A stretch of 63,276 nt of DNA, filler included, from Licmophora abbreviata (lineage: Eukaryota): the NCBI GenBank assembly GCA_900291995.1. It is 11 parts of 11 records of this genome, joined end to end, with 100 filler letters (N's around TTAATTAATTAA, not from the genome) between each part and the next. Parts side by side here need not be neighbours in the genome. Positions count along the whole stretch, not along the records: positions 9,711 to 17,679 come from OLMU01001532.1; positions 17,780 to 25,801 come from OLMU01001534.1; 9 more parts are not named here. One strand, written 5' to 3'. How positions within the stretch are numbered: the first letter of the stretch is position 1; each line of letters opens with the position of its first letter. A model generated the notes under the pieces. The model was not told where the DNA came from and searched no databases. It saw nothing but the letters and a program-made list of their open reading frames with translations. Positions 10,135 to 21,479 of the stretch are shown here, piece by piece. Made by a program: the position numbers and the translations under genes.

Positions 10135-10899
10135 CTAAGTAGGTGAATAAGGCTCTCGATGAAGTGGACGATTGGGATGGCGTTGAACATGCCTCTCAAT
10201 TGCTTGACAAGCAGCTCTCGTGAATGAACTGCTGTTGTTGCCAGATGCGTCATGATTCCACCAGAACATCTGCATGCACTCCATCACAGTATCTACATTT
10301 AATGGTTCATGGTCATGGACATCAATAAAATCTTCCAAAAAAAATCGCTTAGCCTGGATGCTGAGTGACCTGGCTCGATCTCTTGAGCGATTCGGCCGTA
10401 CTCTGCGATCTATCAGCATGCCGACAACTACTACACGTGGTGGCTCTTGCTCGGGATCGATTGCAACATCTGCGTCGGGAGACAAGTAAACTGCTTGCTC
10501 ATAGGCATCCCATTGTGGTTCATGGGTGAATTCGATGTGCTGAGGGAGATGATTTTCGATCCAAAGTTCTTCCAGTCGAGCTTTGATACTTTGAAGGTCC
10601 TCAGCTGCGCATCCAACGATTATTACGCGAGCGAGATCTCGGGAGCATGTGGATTCCATTTGCCACTGTAGGAAGTTGCAGAGCTGTCTGGCTATGGCTC
10701 GCTGTCTTTCTTTTCGTGGGCGTGCCTCTGATGGAAAACCATAACCGGCGTCGCAGAGAATCAACCTTGGTTCTTCGTCGATAGAGGCCTCTCTCAGCTT
10801 CAAACTGGCAAGCCGCACCGCAACGTCCTCGGTCCCTTTGTTTTCCGGTTTAACTCTCGGAGCTGCGTTGCTCTCGTAGGCATCTGGTTGTGCCGACAT
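10135..10899 (-). CDS. tRNA m1G9/m1A9 methyltransferase, Trm10-like SPOUT family
   Basis: Motifs VYLSPDA, VVVGMLIDR and LNVDTV. Confidence 0.75.
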   Translation of the reverse strand: MSAQPDAYESNAAPRVKPENKGTEDVAVRLASLKLREASIDEEPRLILCDAGYGFPSEARPRKERQRAIARQLCNFLQWQMESTCSRDLARVIIVGCAAEDLQSIKARLEELWIENHLPQHIEFTHEPQWDAYEQAVYLSPDADVAIDPEQEPPRVVVVGMLIDRRVRPNRSRDRARSLSIQAKRFFLEDFIDVHDHEPLNVDTVMECMQMFWWNHDASGNNSSSFTRAACQAIERHVQRHPNRPLHREPYSPT

Positions 10900-11208
10900 C
10901 GCGTATTATCCTTTCTAGAGAATCGAAGCGTCTTTCGATGTCCAGCGTGGGGTCAAATCGTCACATGAATTCATGTTTTGAAGCCACACTGAGAGCAATG
11001 GGTTTTGAGTCATATCAGTGCCTCAACGCAGTCACCGGTGTCGCATTGATTGCAATGATAGTATTAGTAGTATGTCCATTCGCTCCCTGCCTGCGGCGAT
11101 CGGACGTCTGTAGATTTTCGATTCGATTCGTGTGCATTTAGACCTACCGGAGCTTTGATCGCGTTCAGGGAGCTCTTGACTCACTCTCGATGCACACCTG
11201 ATCTCAGC

Positions 11209-12597
11209 ATGTCGACATCGACCGCCGGAGATGATGTGCTTCTTGCGAAGATAGAGGCGCTGGTATCCACAGAGGAGCGAAACGATGAGAAGAGCCTCGT
11301 CGCGATAGTTCTTTTGACCCGCGTTGCCGACAACGGAAAACTGCAGAAGTGTTGGACACCTTCCCTCATGAGGTTCTGCTCCAGGCTGCTGATCGATTCG
11401 GATACACGCGAGAGCTACATCCCACTCATCGGCAGCCTCCTTCCGCGACTCCCAGAACAAGATTCGTCTGTCTGGGAGAGGCTAGGTTTGGCTTTCCTGG
11501 ATGTCATGGTTAAACGAACAGAGCGGAAAGCTACTCTGGACGAATTGGACATCGATCTCACCATTTCACTCGAGTTCTGCAACAGTCGCGCGACGAAGAT
11601 TGCGGCGAGTTCATTAGAGACGCAATGGAGGCGTTTTCACCAAATAGCTACCGGGCAGGGCACTGTTGCTGATGATGCTAAGACAGGGAGAACGAGGGAC
11701 AATGAATGGCAGATGATGCGGTCCACCTTGGGAGCGATACTAACAGAAGAGAAACTCGAGGGGCATGAGCTTGTTGAAAGGTACCACCAAGCTGTTCTCT
11801 TGGTCTGGGGCGCGGCCTCACGGCCATTGTACGCCAAAGGTGCCACTCCTGCTTGGTATGGACACATGATTTCCTGGCTGAACTCAGGGGAGCATCGACC
11901 TCCAGAGACTTGTCGACTTCCTTGGCACTCCGTCTCTTTGAAATGCACCCATCTAATGATACTTCGGTCACCGCTCTCATTCCTCGAGGACTTCCGACAA
12001 GGCATTTTGACTCAGTATCTATCACACATTACATCTCCGGACTCGGGCGTGCTCCTAAGGTCAGCTTCGTGGACAGGTCTAAACGCGCTTCTCGGAAAAG
12101 GCGGGAGGGACTGGCTCGTCAACTCTCCCTCATCGTCGCCTCTTGGCCGGACAAGCATGCTGTGCACCTTGACTAGGCTGGCCTCCGGGGAATGGAGAAT
12201 TCAGCTTGGCCGTTACTGCACGGAAGGTATAGCTGTGCGAGACAACGAGGAAGATCTCTTGCTCAGTCTTCTTGAGAATTGCTCAGCGTTCGTACTTGAC
12301 CAGATGCACAACTTAGCCGAACTCGCGGATGCGTCAGTCTCCATCGCACCGTATACACCCGATGCTTTGCTTCATTTGCGCCACTCCCTTCTAGACGTCT
12401 ATCACGCTACCGTCCAGTACTTAGGACAGAGACACCAGGATCTAAGGGTTCAGAGGCTTGCAAGCTTCGTTCTTCTCGATTTGCTAACAGAATTTGACAT
12501 TAGCGACGATCTTCCCGAAGGACTGTCGAGTGATGAAGTTTCCCAGGCCGTCGAGGTGGCTAGAGAGTGCGCTGAGAGCTCTGTCAATCTTACGTAA
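11209..12597 (+). CDS. Helical (ARM-like) protein, neurochondrin-like
   Basis: Leu-rich 462-aa ORF. NDEKSLVAIVLLTR and LASGEWRIQL resemble neurochondrin motifs. Confidence 0.5.
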   Translation: MSTSTAGDDVLLAKIEALVSTEERNDEKSLVAIVLLTRVADNGKLQKCWTPSLMRFCSRLLIDSDTRESYIPLIGSLLPRLPEQDSSVWERLGLAFLDVMVKRTERKATLDELDIDLTISLEFCNSRATKIAASSLETQWRRFHQIATGQGTVADDAKTGRTRDNEWQMMRSTLGAILTEEKLEGHELVERYHQAVLLVWGAASRPLYAKGATPAWYGHMISWLNSGEHRPPETCRLPWHSVSLKCTHLMILRSPLSFLEDFRQGILTQYLSHITSPDSGVLLRSASWTGLNALLGKGGRDWLVNSPSSSPLGRTSMLCTLTRLASGEWRIQLGRYCTEGIAVRDNEEDLLLSLLENCSAFVLDQMHNLAELADASVSIAPYTPDALLHLRHSLLDVYHATVQYLGQRHQDLRVQRLASFVLLDLLTEFDISDDLPEGLSSDEVSQAVEVARECAESSVNLT

Positions 12598-12652
12598 GCT
12601 ATAAAAGTATGCTATGCGAGAAACCAGTCCCATTTTCGTTTCGCAGATTGAA

Positions 12653-14230
12653 TCATACCGGTACAGGAGGAGCATTAGTCATGAGCACAAATGCGGTGCC
12701 GGCCAATGGCAAGACTAAATTGTCGATCTGTGCCGTGGAGGCTTCTAGCAAGGTGACGAATGTGACAGCGGAAACAAAGTGCCCTGGAAAAAGGCTGCAC
12801 ACTGCGATCAGACTGATCCACATGGCTAAAGAGCCTTCAAGAGTCTTTCTAGTTCCTCCAGACCATCGTCGCTTGCCAAAGTATGTCCCAGCGAGAGCAC
12901 CGGCTGAATCGCCGACTCCCAAAACCAGAATACCCAAGAGAGGCAGCGATCTGACTATTTGCTCGTTCAGATAAGGCGGGAGAGATTCGTGTATCCATAA
13001 AGGCATAGCACAGCCGGCAATCAAAGCCATGTGAGAGATGACTATGCCCTTGTCGTTATCTTTCCCGGGGTCGAGATAACGAGCGTAGAATTCGTCGACC
13101 CGCCGTGGCAGATGAATCTTCAGACATTCCAATACAAGCAAGACGGACAGGGAAATCGCGTAGGACAAGGACATGAGCTGAGGTGCGATCATCGTGACGG
13201 GAACAAACAGAATCAGGGCCACTAGGTGAAACCATTTTCTAGTGACCATAACCGACGAGGACGCACCAGAAGGAGCCAGCCAAAGCGTAATTGGAGTTGC
13301 GAATAGCCAATACGCTAGCCAGACCCAGCGAGGAGCACCCCCTTCAGTGTATGCAAGGAAGCGGATTAGCCAAGATAGCGAAAGAGAGTGCAGGGAACTT
13401 TCGGCGTCTTTTGAGTGCCACCGGAGCGTTCCTTCCACCAGAGCGAACGGGCCAACGGCCATGAAGCAAGCCTTGATCCAGACCCGATGAAAAAAAGAGG
13501 CGACCGTGCAGGCCACAATACAACCAATCCCACCCGAAAGTGCAATGTATCCATGATGAGTTGCGTCATTGTCCCACGTAAGCCACTCGGCGGTGGCAGC
13601 AGCCAACAGACTAGTCACCAGTGCCCACTCACCCGTGGTGAAAACTTGCCGGTCGGGCAGATGAAAGGTGGGGAAGCAGACGATGGAATGATAAAGAGCG
13701 ACAGAGATGAACACCATGAGACGAAATCGTGTCAAGTCCCCAACCCAGGTAGGAAGCGCTGGAAGCCAGAGAATCGCCACCAATGCCAGCACGCGACTCT
13801 CGCGGGAGGCCCAGAGCATTCCGGCCAAGATGGAAGCGACAAGCCAGGGATCGTCAACGTCCGAGTCACGAGATGCACAGACAAGTCTCCACAGTACTGG
13901 GATAAGTACGTTCGCCATGATATACCCTTGTTCGTCGCCGTTTGTCTCCGACCTAGAACGAGAGGAAGGACGCCGCCACAGGGAGAAGTCGGCTGTTGTG
14001 CCCTGTCGCGGGGCGCGCAAGTTCGGGAAGCATTCTTTCGCGACAAGACCTAGTAGAGGCAACTTCGACTTATTTGCGCCATCAACAACGATCAGTATCG
14101 ACCACAGAAGAGGCTCAAGTAGCCAAATCATAGCATCTTGAACAGAGTCCGACACAAAGCGCTCCAAGAGGATGTATCTCGGGCGATGAGAGATCAGAGC
14201 GATTGCAATATGATACCACCTGTGGTACAA
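12653..14230 (-). CDS. Dolichol kinase (start uncertain; ATG at 14131)
   Basis: Polytopic membrane protein with RKWFHL, GVGDSAGALAGTYFGKRRW, KTLEGS and QIDNLVLP. Confidence 0.9.
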   Translation of the reverse strand: MYHRWYHIAIALISHRPRYILLERFVSDSVQDAMIWLLEPLLWSILIVVDGANKSKLPLLGLVAKECFPNLRAPRQGTTADFSLWRRPSSRSRSETNGDEQGYIMANVLIPVLWRLVCASRDSDVDDPWLVASILAGMLWASRESRVLALVAILWLPALPTWVGDLTRFRLMVFISVALYHSIVCFPTFHLPDRQVFTTGEWALVTSLLAAATAEWLTWDNDATHHGYIALSGGIGCIVACTVASFFHRVWIKACFMAVGPFALVEGTLRWHSKDAESSLHSLSLSWLIRFLAYTEGGAPRWVWLAYWLFATPITLWLAPSGASSSVMVTRKWFHLVALILFVPVTMIAPQLMSLSYAISLSVLLVLECLKIHLPRRVDEFYARYLDPGKDNDKGIVISHMALIAGCAMPLWIHESLPPYLNEQIVRSLPLLGILVLGVGDSAGALAGTYFGKRRWSGGTRKTLEGSLAMWISLIAVCSLFPGHFVSAVTFVTLLEASTAQIDNLVLPLAGTAFVLMTNAPPVPV

Positions 14231-14506
14231 TCGGCGGTCGGCGAGCAGACCAAAGACCCGGACCCAGCTGACGAAGAATTGTGTGTCTTGTACCGGTACC
14301 TAGACCATGATATTACGACGGGCGTGTGCTGATGATGTTGGCGCATTCAACATGGAGTGAGAGTTGAGTCTAATGATACTGCTGGTACCGGTAGCCAACC
14401 GATTCGATTCACTTTATAGTATTCGCAGGTGCTACTTGCTATGATCAAAAGGTACGATACCGCCGCTGCGGCCACGACTGGGAAAGCTAGCCCACACGGC
14501 AGGCAT

Positions 14507-16253
14507 TTATTTCTTGGAGTAGAGAATGGCTGTGTGCTGACTCCCTCCAACAACTTTATGAATGATCACGTCGTCATCGGCAATTTCGCGGGTCACGCTG
14601 TCAATAGGTCGAGGTCGTAGTTCTGTATTGAGAACGTTGTCAGTCTGTTCTCTTCGCATAAGCGAGACACCGTGGCCCAGCTGGCCTTGTTCTCCAAACC
14701 CCCAAGTGTACACTTTATTGTTGAGCGTGACGGCCACATTGTGCTGGCCGCCACAAGAAACGCTGGAGAATTCGATGTCGCGCTCGGGAAACGCAACTGG
14801 AGTCCAAACCGATATCTTGCTCGATCGAACGTCATCATCAAACATCCCAAGACGGCCATCTTCTGCGCGGCCACAAGCGTACAGACGGCGGCGGCGAATG
14901 TCAAGAGCAAGCGAGTGATTGTCGCCAGCATGAACCTCAACAATATTCTTTCCTTCGGAAGAGTCAGACTGAGTAGCGCAGGAGGATATCCATGGTAAGA
15001 GCGCTGTCATTTGGAGCACTTACTAGATTGAACTGACACTTCAGAGCAGCACTTACCTTAGTTAGAGCATCCACGCAGTCGAGGTGTCCCAGCCCGAGCT
15101 GTCCGTACACGTTCGTGCCACAGCCGTAGACTGCGCTACGGGGAGAATCATGAGGCCGTGCAGCGATAATGGTGAAATGGGGGCCACAGGACATCGAAAG
15201 AACCGACATCTTGGGAGTAAGTGGTGTCCATTGCATCGGGCGAGGAGTAAGGAAGACGTTTCTCCGATTTTCTTTGTTGGCAAAGTCGAGTTCAGCAGCA
15301 CGACCAAGAGAAGATCCAATATCCCCTCCCTTCCATCCAAGAGAGAAGACACGATCATCTTCCAAGAGACAAATGAGCTGAACTCGACCGCATGCAACGT
15401 CTTTCGCTTTGGCAGGAAGGGGAACGCGCACAGGCGTGCTATGGCTTCCCTCGACCCCATCGTTGCTTGTGAGTGGCATGCGCCATGTCTTTGTGTCGTC
15501 GTCGACGAATCCTCCGGTCATGTACACGTCCCCTTGACTGGAAAGAAAGACGGAGCAGGCTTCTCCGGCAGCGACCTTGATGATGCTGTTATCGGCACAG
15601 AGGCCTTCAACACTGTAGAATCCTTTGACCTGTCCCGGAACTGCTTCCATCGAGGTGTCCTTAGTAACACGGCCTAGATGGCCATAGTCGTTGGCTCCCC
15701 AGCTCCAAGCGGTTCCGTCTTGACAGGCTGCCACATTGTGCTGTGCTCCCGCTGAGAGGCAAACGACGTTTTCCAAATTCTTTAAACGACGCGGGAAGTA
15801 TGCCGTTTTCGTGTGAACCAATCCCGCCTCTCTGACTCCCAGCTCGTTGGCGTCATTGCTTCCAAACATGACTACACAGAAAGAAGCGGAGAGAGATGAT
15901 GAAAGAAGTTTGAGGAATACAATGAATGACTTGAGAGACGCTGAGCTCGTCTACTTACGGACAGAGCACGGCTCGTGCTGGTAAAGATCGCGAAAACGAT
16001 TCACTTCATGTCGATACATGGCCATTGGGAACGTCAGCAGGACAGATTCCTGAGAGCGACCAAGAAGCTCGCGATACTCTGATGAGGACTTTAATTCCTC
16101 TAGATACTTGCTGAACTGCCCATTGATTTCCTCCTTGACTTGCTCAAACAGAGAGGCACATTTGAGCTGGTGCTGGCTGGGAGTGGGCTTGGCTTTCTGG
16201 CGCCGCCCAGACTCCGTCGGATCATCCAGACGATTCTTCAGACTTCCAGGCAT
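14507..16253 (-). CDS. RCC1-repeat protein; introns at ~15872-15958 and from 15056 to ~14970
   Basis: RCC1 repeats (AGAQHNVA...WSWGANDYGHLGR; CGGQHNVA...YTWGFGEQGQLG) are split over three ORFs with GTAAGT donors. Confidence 0.88.
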
Positions 16254-16569
16254 GGTAGATTGGAAAGACACAAAGCACAAAGAGCCCCAATGACAGCCAA
16301 ACGGAGTGTCGACAGGAAGGACGGCGGTGGTGTGATTGTTGTGTGTTCGCGACGAGACAAAACGGCGGCGCGGTTCTTCGCATACTTATTTGGTTATGAG
16401 CGTAGTCTGCCCGGCGCCCGTCAACGAATTCAAACGCATTCTCGCGCCCACCGACAGCGACGCCACTCTTCTGAAACGGGCTCAACTCTGCACAACCTCC
16501 ACCTAGGTGCCATTAAGATGTAAAAAGAGTTACAAAATTTCTAAGTATGAATATCGGGAACAAGATTGA

Positions 16570-17679
16570 TCAAACATCGAAGTCAGCATTCGTTCCCTCA
16601 ACACCCGCCGGCTTCTTCTCCGAGCTGTCGTCGTATTCGGACGATACAACCGTCTCCTGTCGACCGGGTCCCTTTGTCTCTGCAACCGGCGTCATGGCTT
16701 CTTTTGACTTCGGAGAGATCGAGACAGTTGGTCCAACCAAGCTCAAGATCACTGGAAAGAGGATCAGACCGTGCGTGATTCCAAGAATGACAAGACCGAC
16801 AAATGTGATGAAGACGGTGAAGAAGATCTCAGACGTACTGAATGCGAGGGGAATCACACCAATAAACGTTGAAACTCCACCCACAAGAATGCTGGCACCC
16901 ATGGTGCTGAGAGTTTCCTTCATCTTGGCATCCCGTGTAGCGCCGGGACTACCGCCCTTCTTCGTCGACTCGAAGTATCGCAACACTATGTGTACCAGAA
17001 AGTCCACGAGCAACCCGATTGCCATCACCAAAGAAATGTACGAAACAGGATTGATAGCGACTCCACATAGCTGAAGAAAGCCCATCAAACTGACATAGAG
17101 CACAGTGATCATTGGGAAAATAAATAGCACTGCAGTCCAATGAGGGATAAACAACATGCCGATGACCGACACTGCTACCACTCCGAGAATCGCAGTGAGC
17201 AGCAACTCGTCGCCGACCACAGCAAAAAAGCTCCATATGTAGTACGTGTTGTCCCAAGTGAAAAACGTCCATTCGCTGAGACCTTCGTTGATCTGCTGGG
17301 CCTTGGTGACTTCTCTCTGATTTTCCAGAGCATTGATCTGTGAGGTTACTTCCTCTTGATCCACGTTCTCCATGAAGATTTTTGTTCTAGATGAAGAAAT
17401 ATCCCCTTCATCGGTCAGGACAATGTCTTCAGCATATTGCTCATTGAACGCCGGGTCGGCCAGGAAGGTGGCAATCTGCGCTCGGAAAGACAGACCCTTC
17501 AAAATCTCGTCGCTCTCGACAAAAGATGTAAAGTCGCGAAGCCAGAAGGAAGTCGGCTCATCATTGACCTCCTCCATTGCGACAAGATCCTTCACGTAGC
17601 TTTCCATCTGTGCCTGGATTTCTGGGTCAGATTGATCCACAAAACGGAAGAACACTTCTGGAGACACACCAGATCGTGT
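16570..17679 (-). CDS. NPC1/Patched-family RND sterol-transport protein, C-terminal part (truncated by gap)
   Basis: FWLRDF, a TM bundle with LVMAIGLLVDFLVH, and MGASILVGGVSTFIGVIPLAF...HGLILFPVILS. Confidence 0.9.
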   Translation of the reverse strand, partial: TRSGVSPEVFFRFVDQSDPEIQAQMESYVKDLVAMEEVNDEPTSFWLRDFTSFVESDEILKGLSFRAQIATFLADPAFNEQYAEDIVLTDEGDISSSRTKIFMENVDQEEVTSQINALENQREVTKAQQINEGLSEWTFFTWDNTYYIWSFFAVVGDELLLTAILGVVAVSVIGMLFIPHWTAVLFIFPMITVLYVSLMGFLQLCGVAINPVSYISLVMAIGLLVDFLVHIVLRYFESTKKGGSPGATRDAKMKETLSTMGASILVGGVSTFIGVIPLAFSTSEIFFTVFITFVGLVILGITHGLILFPVILSLVGPTVSISPKSKEAMTPVAETKGPGRQETVVSSEYDDSSEKKPAGVEGTNADFDV

Positions 17680-17779
17680 NNNNNNNNNNNNNNNNNNNNN
17701 NNNNNNNNNNNNNNNNNNNNNNNTTAATTAATTAANNNNNNNNNNNNNNNNNNNNNNNNNNNNNNNNNNNNNNNNNNNN

Positions 17780-18052
17780 ACGTACACGTACTTGCTCAAA
17801 CTGATTGAGCAATGCTTGCCACCTTCCAAGAGTCGTGGAAATATTGCTTATGGCCTCTTCATGCAAGCTACGCAGGAGTCAGTGGTCGATGGCAACGTCA
17901 TGGACGCAGTCCGCGAGGTACAAAGCAACGCAAGCGAAGAGTTTGAGAAATGGGCGCGAGAGAGTCTTCCCAGCGAACCGAAGGACATGTCGCTTTATTC
18001 CCGGCGCGATTCGAAAAGACGGCGTTATCGTGTCAATGACTCAACATACTAA
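17780..18052 (+). CDS. C-terminal fragment of a hypothetical protein
   Basis: Short open frame right after the gap, ending in TAA at 18052. No family recognised. Confidence 0.35.
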   Translation, partial: TYTYLLKLIEQCLPPSKSRGNIAYGLFMQATQESVVDGNVMDAVREVQSNASEEFEKWARESLPSEPKDMSLYSRRDSKRRRYRVNDSTY

Positions 18053-18107
18053 AAGTAAAAGTACTGGCTACCTGTAGTACAATGAAACCTACTGGCGTCG
18101 TGTTTCC

Positions 18108-19322
18108 TTACTGATTCGACTTTCTCATGAAGACATGATATCTTTGCATCGTATAAATGTGATCATCTTCCATCTCGATAGAGTCAGGCTGCACTGGCCA
18201 GTTGTACTTTTGGATGCCTCTCTTCCAAAAGTCCTTGGAAACTCCGCCCCAGTCCGCGGGGTGTACACACTTCGGCTGAGACACGTGCTCGACAATAACA
18301 GGCTTACCGGGCTTAGTAATACGAAACATCTCTGAAACCCATTTGCCATAAAAGTCCTCCTGATAGTTTTGGGCGACTTCACTCAACTTTTGATCTTTCC
18401 AGCTGTCGCTTTTGCACATATCGTTGTATCGACCGTGGTTTCTTCCATGCGGATCGAGAGGCTCATTGAAAGACAGCGGATCAATGATTGGGCTGGTATG
18501 AGGTTTGTGACGCAAGAAGAGTGAGAGTACGTCAGCAGCAGAGTAAACAATGATCACGAAGATCATGAATGACCCCACAATGGCAACTCACGAAATGTAA
18601 CCTGTGAATACCAGATCCATCGAGTTGGATGGAACATAGTCCAACTTGGTCGAGTCCGCTGCACAGATGTTTCCTTTGCTTACGCCCTCCGGGACCAGTC
18701 GGTCCAGAAAGACATTTGCTTTGGCCGTACTTTCTTCCAAGTATTCGTTCCCGTGAATGGTCAAAGGCTGGACTCCGTTCACCTCCTGAACGATTTCCAA
18801 GGTCATCAGTGTGTTCATCCCGATGCCACAGGCACTTTCGTATATTGTATCGCCACTCTTGACATTGGAAGGATAGTACTTTTTCTTGAATGGAGTCAGA
18901 CCTGTTTTCATGTGATTGTAGGTGAGCTGCCAATCATCATATGGTTTTTCTCTAAAGTCTTTCATGAACTCTTCGAGATCCCTGGCATTGTCCTCGCCCA
19001 GGTATGCGTTCTTGAATCGATCCGGATCAAAGTTATCTCCACCAGAAGGGCCTCCATTGGGACATTGAAACGCTTCTACCTCCTGCTTGTACACGGTAGG
19101 TAGCTTTTTGCAAGAAAACCAAAAGGCCACCACGGAGAGTGTTACCAATAGGAGGAAGGCCCCCACGACACGAGGCCTCTTCCGTCCCGAGTGTTTCGCG
19201 CGCCGCTGAGTCGTAGTGCCGAGGGCTCGCTCCTTTCTCGGAGCTTTCTCGCCTAGCTCTGGTTCGCTTCTCGGCAAATAAATATTCTTTCCCACATTGG
19301 AGGATGTCTTGCGCCTAAACAT
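18108..19322 (-). CDS. Type II membrane class I SAM-dependent methyltransferase; intron 18493-18591
   Basis: N-terminal TM, then IYESACGIG, DLVFTGY and EMFRITKPG. The GT-AG intron restores the frame (FTGYIS|PIIDP). Confidence 0.85.
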
Positions 19323-20098
19323 GGCTTCGTTTGGTCGAAAGCTCAATGCAAGCGTCGTGAGCGATGATCATGTGAGGAGAAGAGAGACATCCGAGAGAGA
19401 AAAAAGGTTGTTGGTGCCTGCGCACTTATTGTGTGATGCCAGCCCAAGCCGCGCTTAAGCGAAGTTTGATAACATTGGGCAGAAAGTGCGACTAATGTAG
19501 CTGACCATGCAACGGTGTGCCTGACATCAGTCGGTGCAAGACCCGATTGCGGGTGCTCTACGAGTAGACTCATCCCTCACTCTTCGAATACATCATGGGG
19601 CTAGGGTTTTGTGTTGTCGTTGCTGCGTTATTACATTATGTGGTGTTTAGATGAGTGATGGCCCATAACACTGGAGCATGCAGTGAAGACCTAGCTGCTG
19701 GCTAGCTACATCATTGTATTATGGTACTGGTATCGGTACCTGCATCATGGTTGTGAATTGGCTGGTCTCAATGCATACCGTTACGCATGTGCGTGAAACC
19801 CATCAATCCGTATCAAATCGAGATCAATGAACTGATGGTAGGGAACAATTGGCTTTGGGCGAAGAACCACATTTCGGGGGCAGAGATGGTCATGTCATGC
19901 GGAACTGTAACTTTCAAAAGTCAGCACTGATGATCACGGGCCGCACAAGCGTGCGGTATCACTAGAGGAGGAGCTCTAGGGGCGGCCTCGTATGATAGCT
20001 GCCCGCGTTGAGGAGGTGGCGACCGACTAGCCAGAGAGACGTGCGATGAAATGATGATGTCAGATAGGGGAAGGCGATGCTCCGCTACATGCCTCCTC

Positions 20099-20590
20099 TT
20101 ACTCTGTCCGGTCTCGAAGGTGCCATACCAAGGCAACAGCGAATGTCAAGCAGTTGTTTGTCACGAGGTGCAACTCACGATCTGGATAAGACTCGCAAAA
20201 TAGGGATGCGCTTTCTACCAGGGGAGACTGTGTAGCTGCAGGATGCAAGTCTGCATCATCCGTGGTTTCCAAAGATCTGATTTCACCCGGGACGCGCTGC
20301 AAGGACACCAGCCGTTTGATCGTGTCCGGGTCGGTTGGATTCATCGGTAAGAAATCATATACATGTCGCTGTTTGGAGTCCTTTCTTGACAATTCTACTG
20401 CAACGTGAAGGGGAAGCCATCTGGGACCTCCTACCAAGGGCGAGAATCGCAAAGAAGTCTCCCAAGTGACGGTGGAAGCACCTAGAGCAGACGCCAGAGC
20501 GGTCAAGCCAGCACCGACGAGAAGCATCAGTCCCAGTGATAGCGGCGTTGCGCTTCTCCGATGATATGAGGCCTTCATTTCAAAACACAT
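20099..20590 (-). CDS. Small protein with a hydrophobic N-terminus; permuted papain-like (PPPDE/LRAT-type) His...NNC signature
   Basis: LPLHVAV...YDFLP...LHLVTNNCLTFA. Confidence 0.5.
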   Translation of the reverse strand: MCFEMKASYHRRSATPLSLGLMLLVGAGLTALASALGASTVTWETSLRFSPLVGGPRWLPLHVAVELSRKDSKQRHVYDFLPMNPTDPDTIKRLVSLQRVPGEIRSLETTDDADLHPAATQSPLVESASLFCESYPDRELHLVTNNCLTFAVALVWHLRDRTE

Positions 20591-20852
20591 TCAGCGTATG
20601 CTTCAGCCGAGGCGATGGACAGAGTCGAAGAGAGAGTAGCAATGAGAAAAGACACACTCAACATGTTCACTGTACTCGCTGTGCAGGCTGAAACCGGAGG
20701 CCCTAGAGGTGCTTCTAGTGCTGCTTAGCACTAGCCCTAATGTACTCAGAAATTCGAAACTGAGCTTCGTCGTCGCGCACATTCAGAACATTGAACACAG
20801 CGGCAGCGCCCATGGCTCTTGAAATAGTGAATGGACGCACAACACCGCAGCC

Positions 20853-21389
20853 ATGATTCCAAAACCACGCTTTCTTCAGCTTCTGGAACGTGTTTCGATC
20901 CTTGTGATGATCGCAGCGTCGATGTCAACGCCCTCAGAAGGGTTTCAGCAGCGGTCCCTGTTCACTGGCAATCGCATTAGTCCTTGTGCGGTATCATCAG
21001 CTTCTCCACATGTCTGGCGGCGGAGGCGACGAAGACATCCTAGACATTTTCTTTCCAACAAGGACGACGACGATAGCGAGCGCATGGAGGCACAGAAAAA
21101 AGATGACAACATCGGCAACAATCTCGCGTCGGATCCTCTGGACTCGTTCGATGAATGGCTAGACAAGCCCTTCTTTGATCCCCTCTCGTACAGCGAGGAG
21201 GATCCTTCCTGGAAAGCCAAGCTTGCACGATTTGTACAAAGTGACTATGACCGTTTCGAACTACTCTATGCAGGGATCTTCTTATCCGTCATGCTCGTCG
21301 TTTCGCAAGAGCTCTTTCGAATTCAGCTCTATGGCACAAACTATAGGCCTTTTTCGAGCATGTCTGAGATCGACACTTGGTTGGAGTGA
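20853..21389 (+). CDS. Hypothetical protein, probably plastid-targeted, with one TM
   Basis: Signal peptide ending SEG|FQ (ASAFAP-like), then a basic transit-like segment and a C-terminal hydrophobic helix. Confidence 0.6.
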   Translation: MIPKPRFLQLLERVSILVMIAASMSTPSEGFQQRSLFTGNRISPCAVSSASPHVWRRRRRRHPRHFLSNKDDDDSERMEAQKKDDNIGNNLASDPLDSFDEWLDKPFFDPLSYSEEDPSWKAKLARFVQSDYDRFELLYAGIFLSVMLVVSQELFRIQLYGTNYRPFSSMSEIDTWLE

Positions 21390-21479
21390 CGTCGACTATC
21401 TAGCCTGACAATTAGTAGGTATAGCATTTTAACTCCCGTTGATGCTCGCTTAGGTCTGTTCAATTTACGATTGGTTGCA

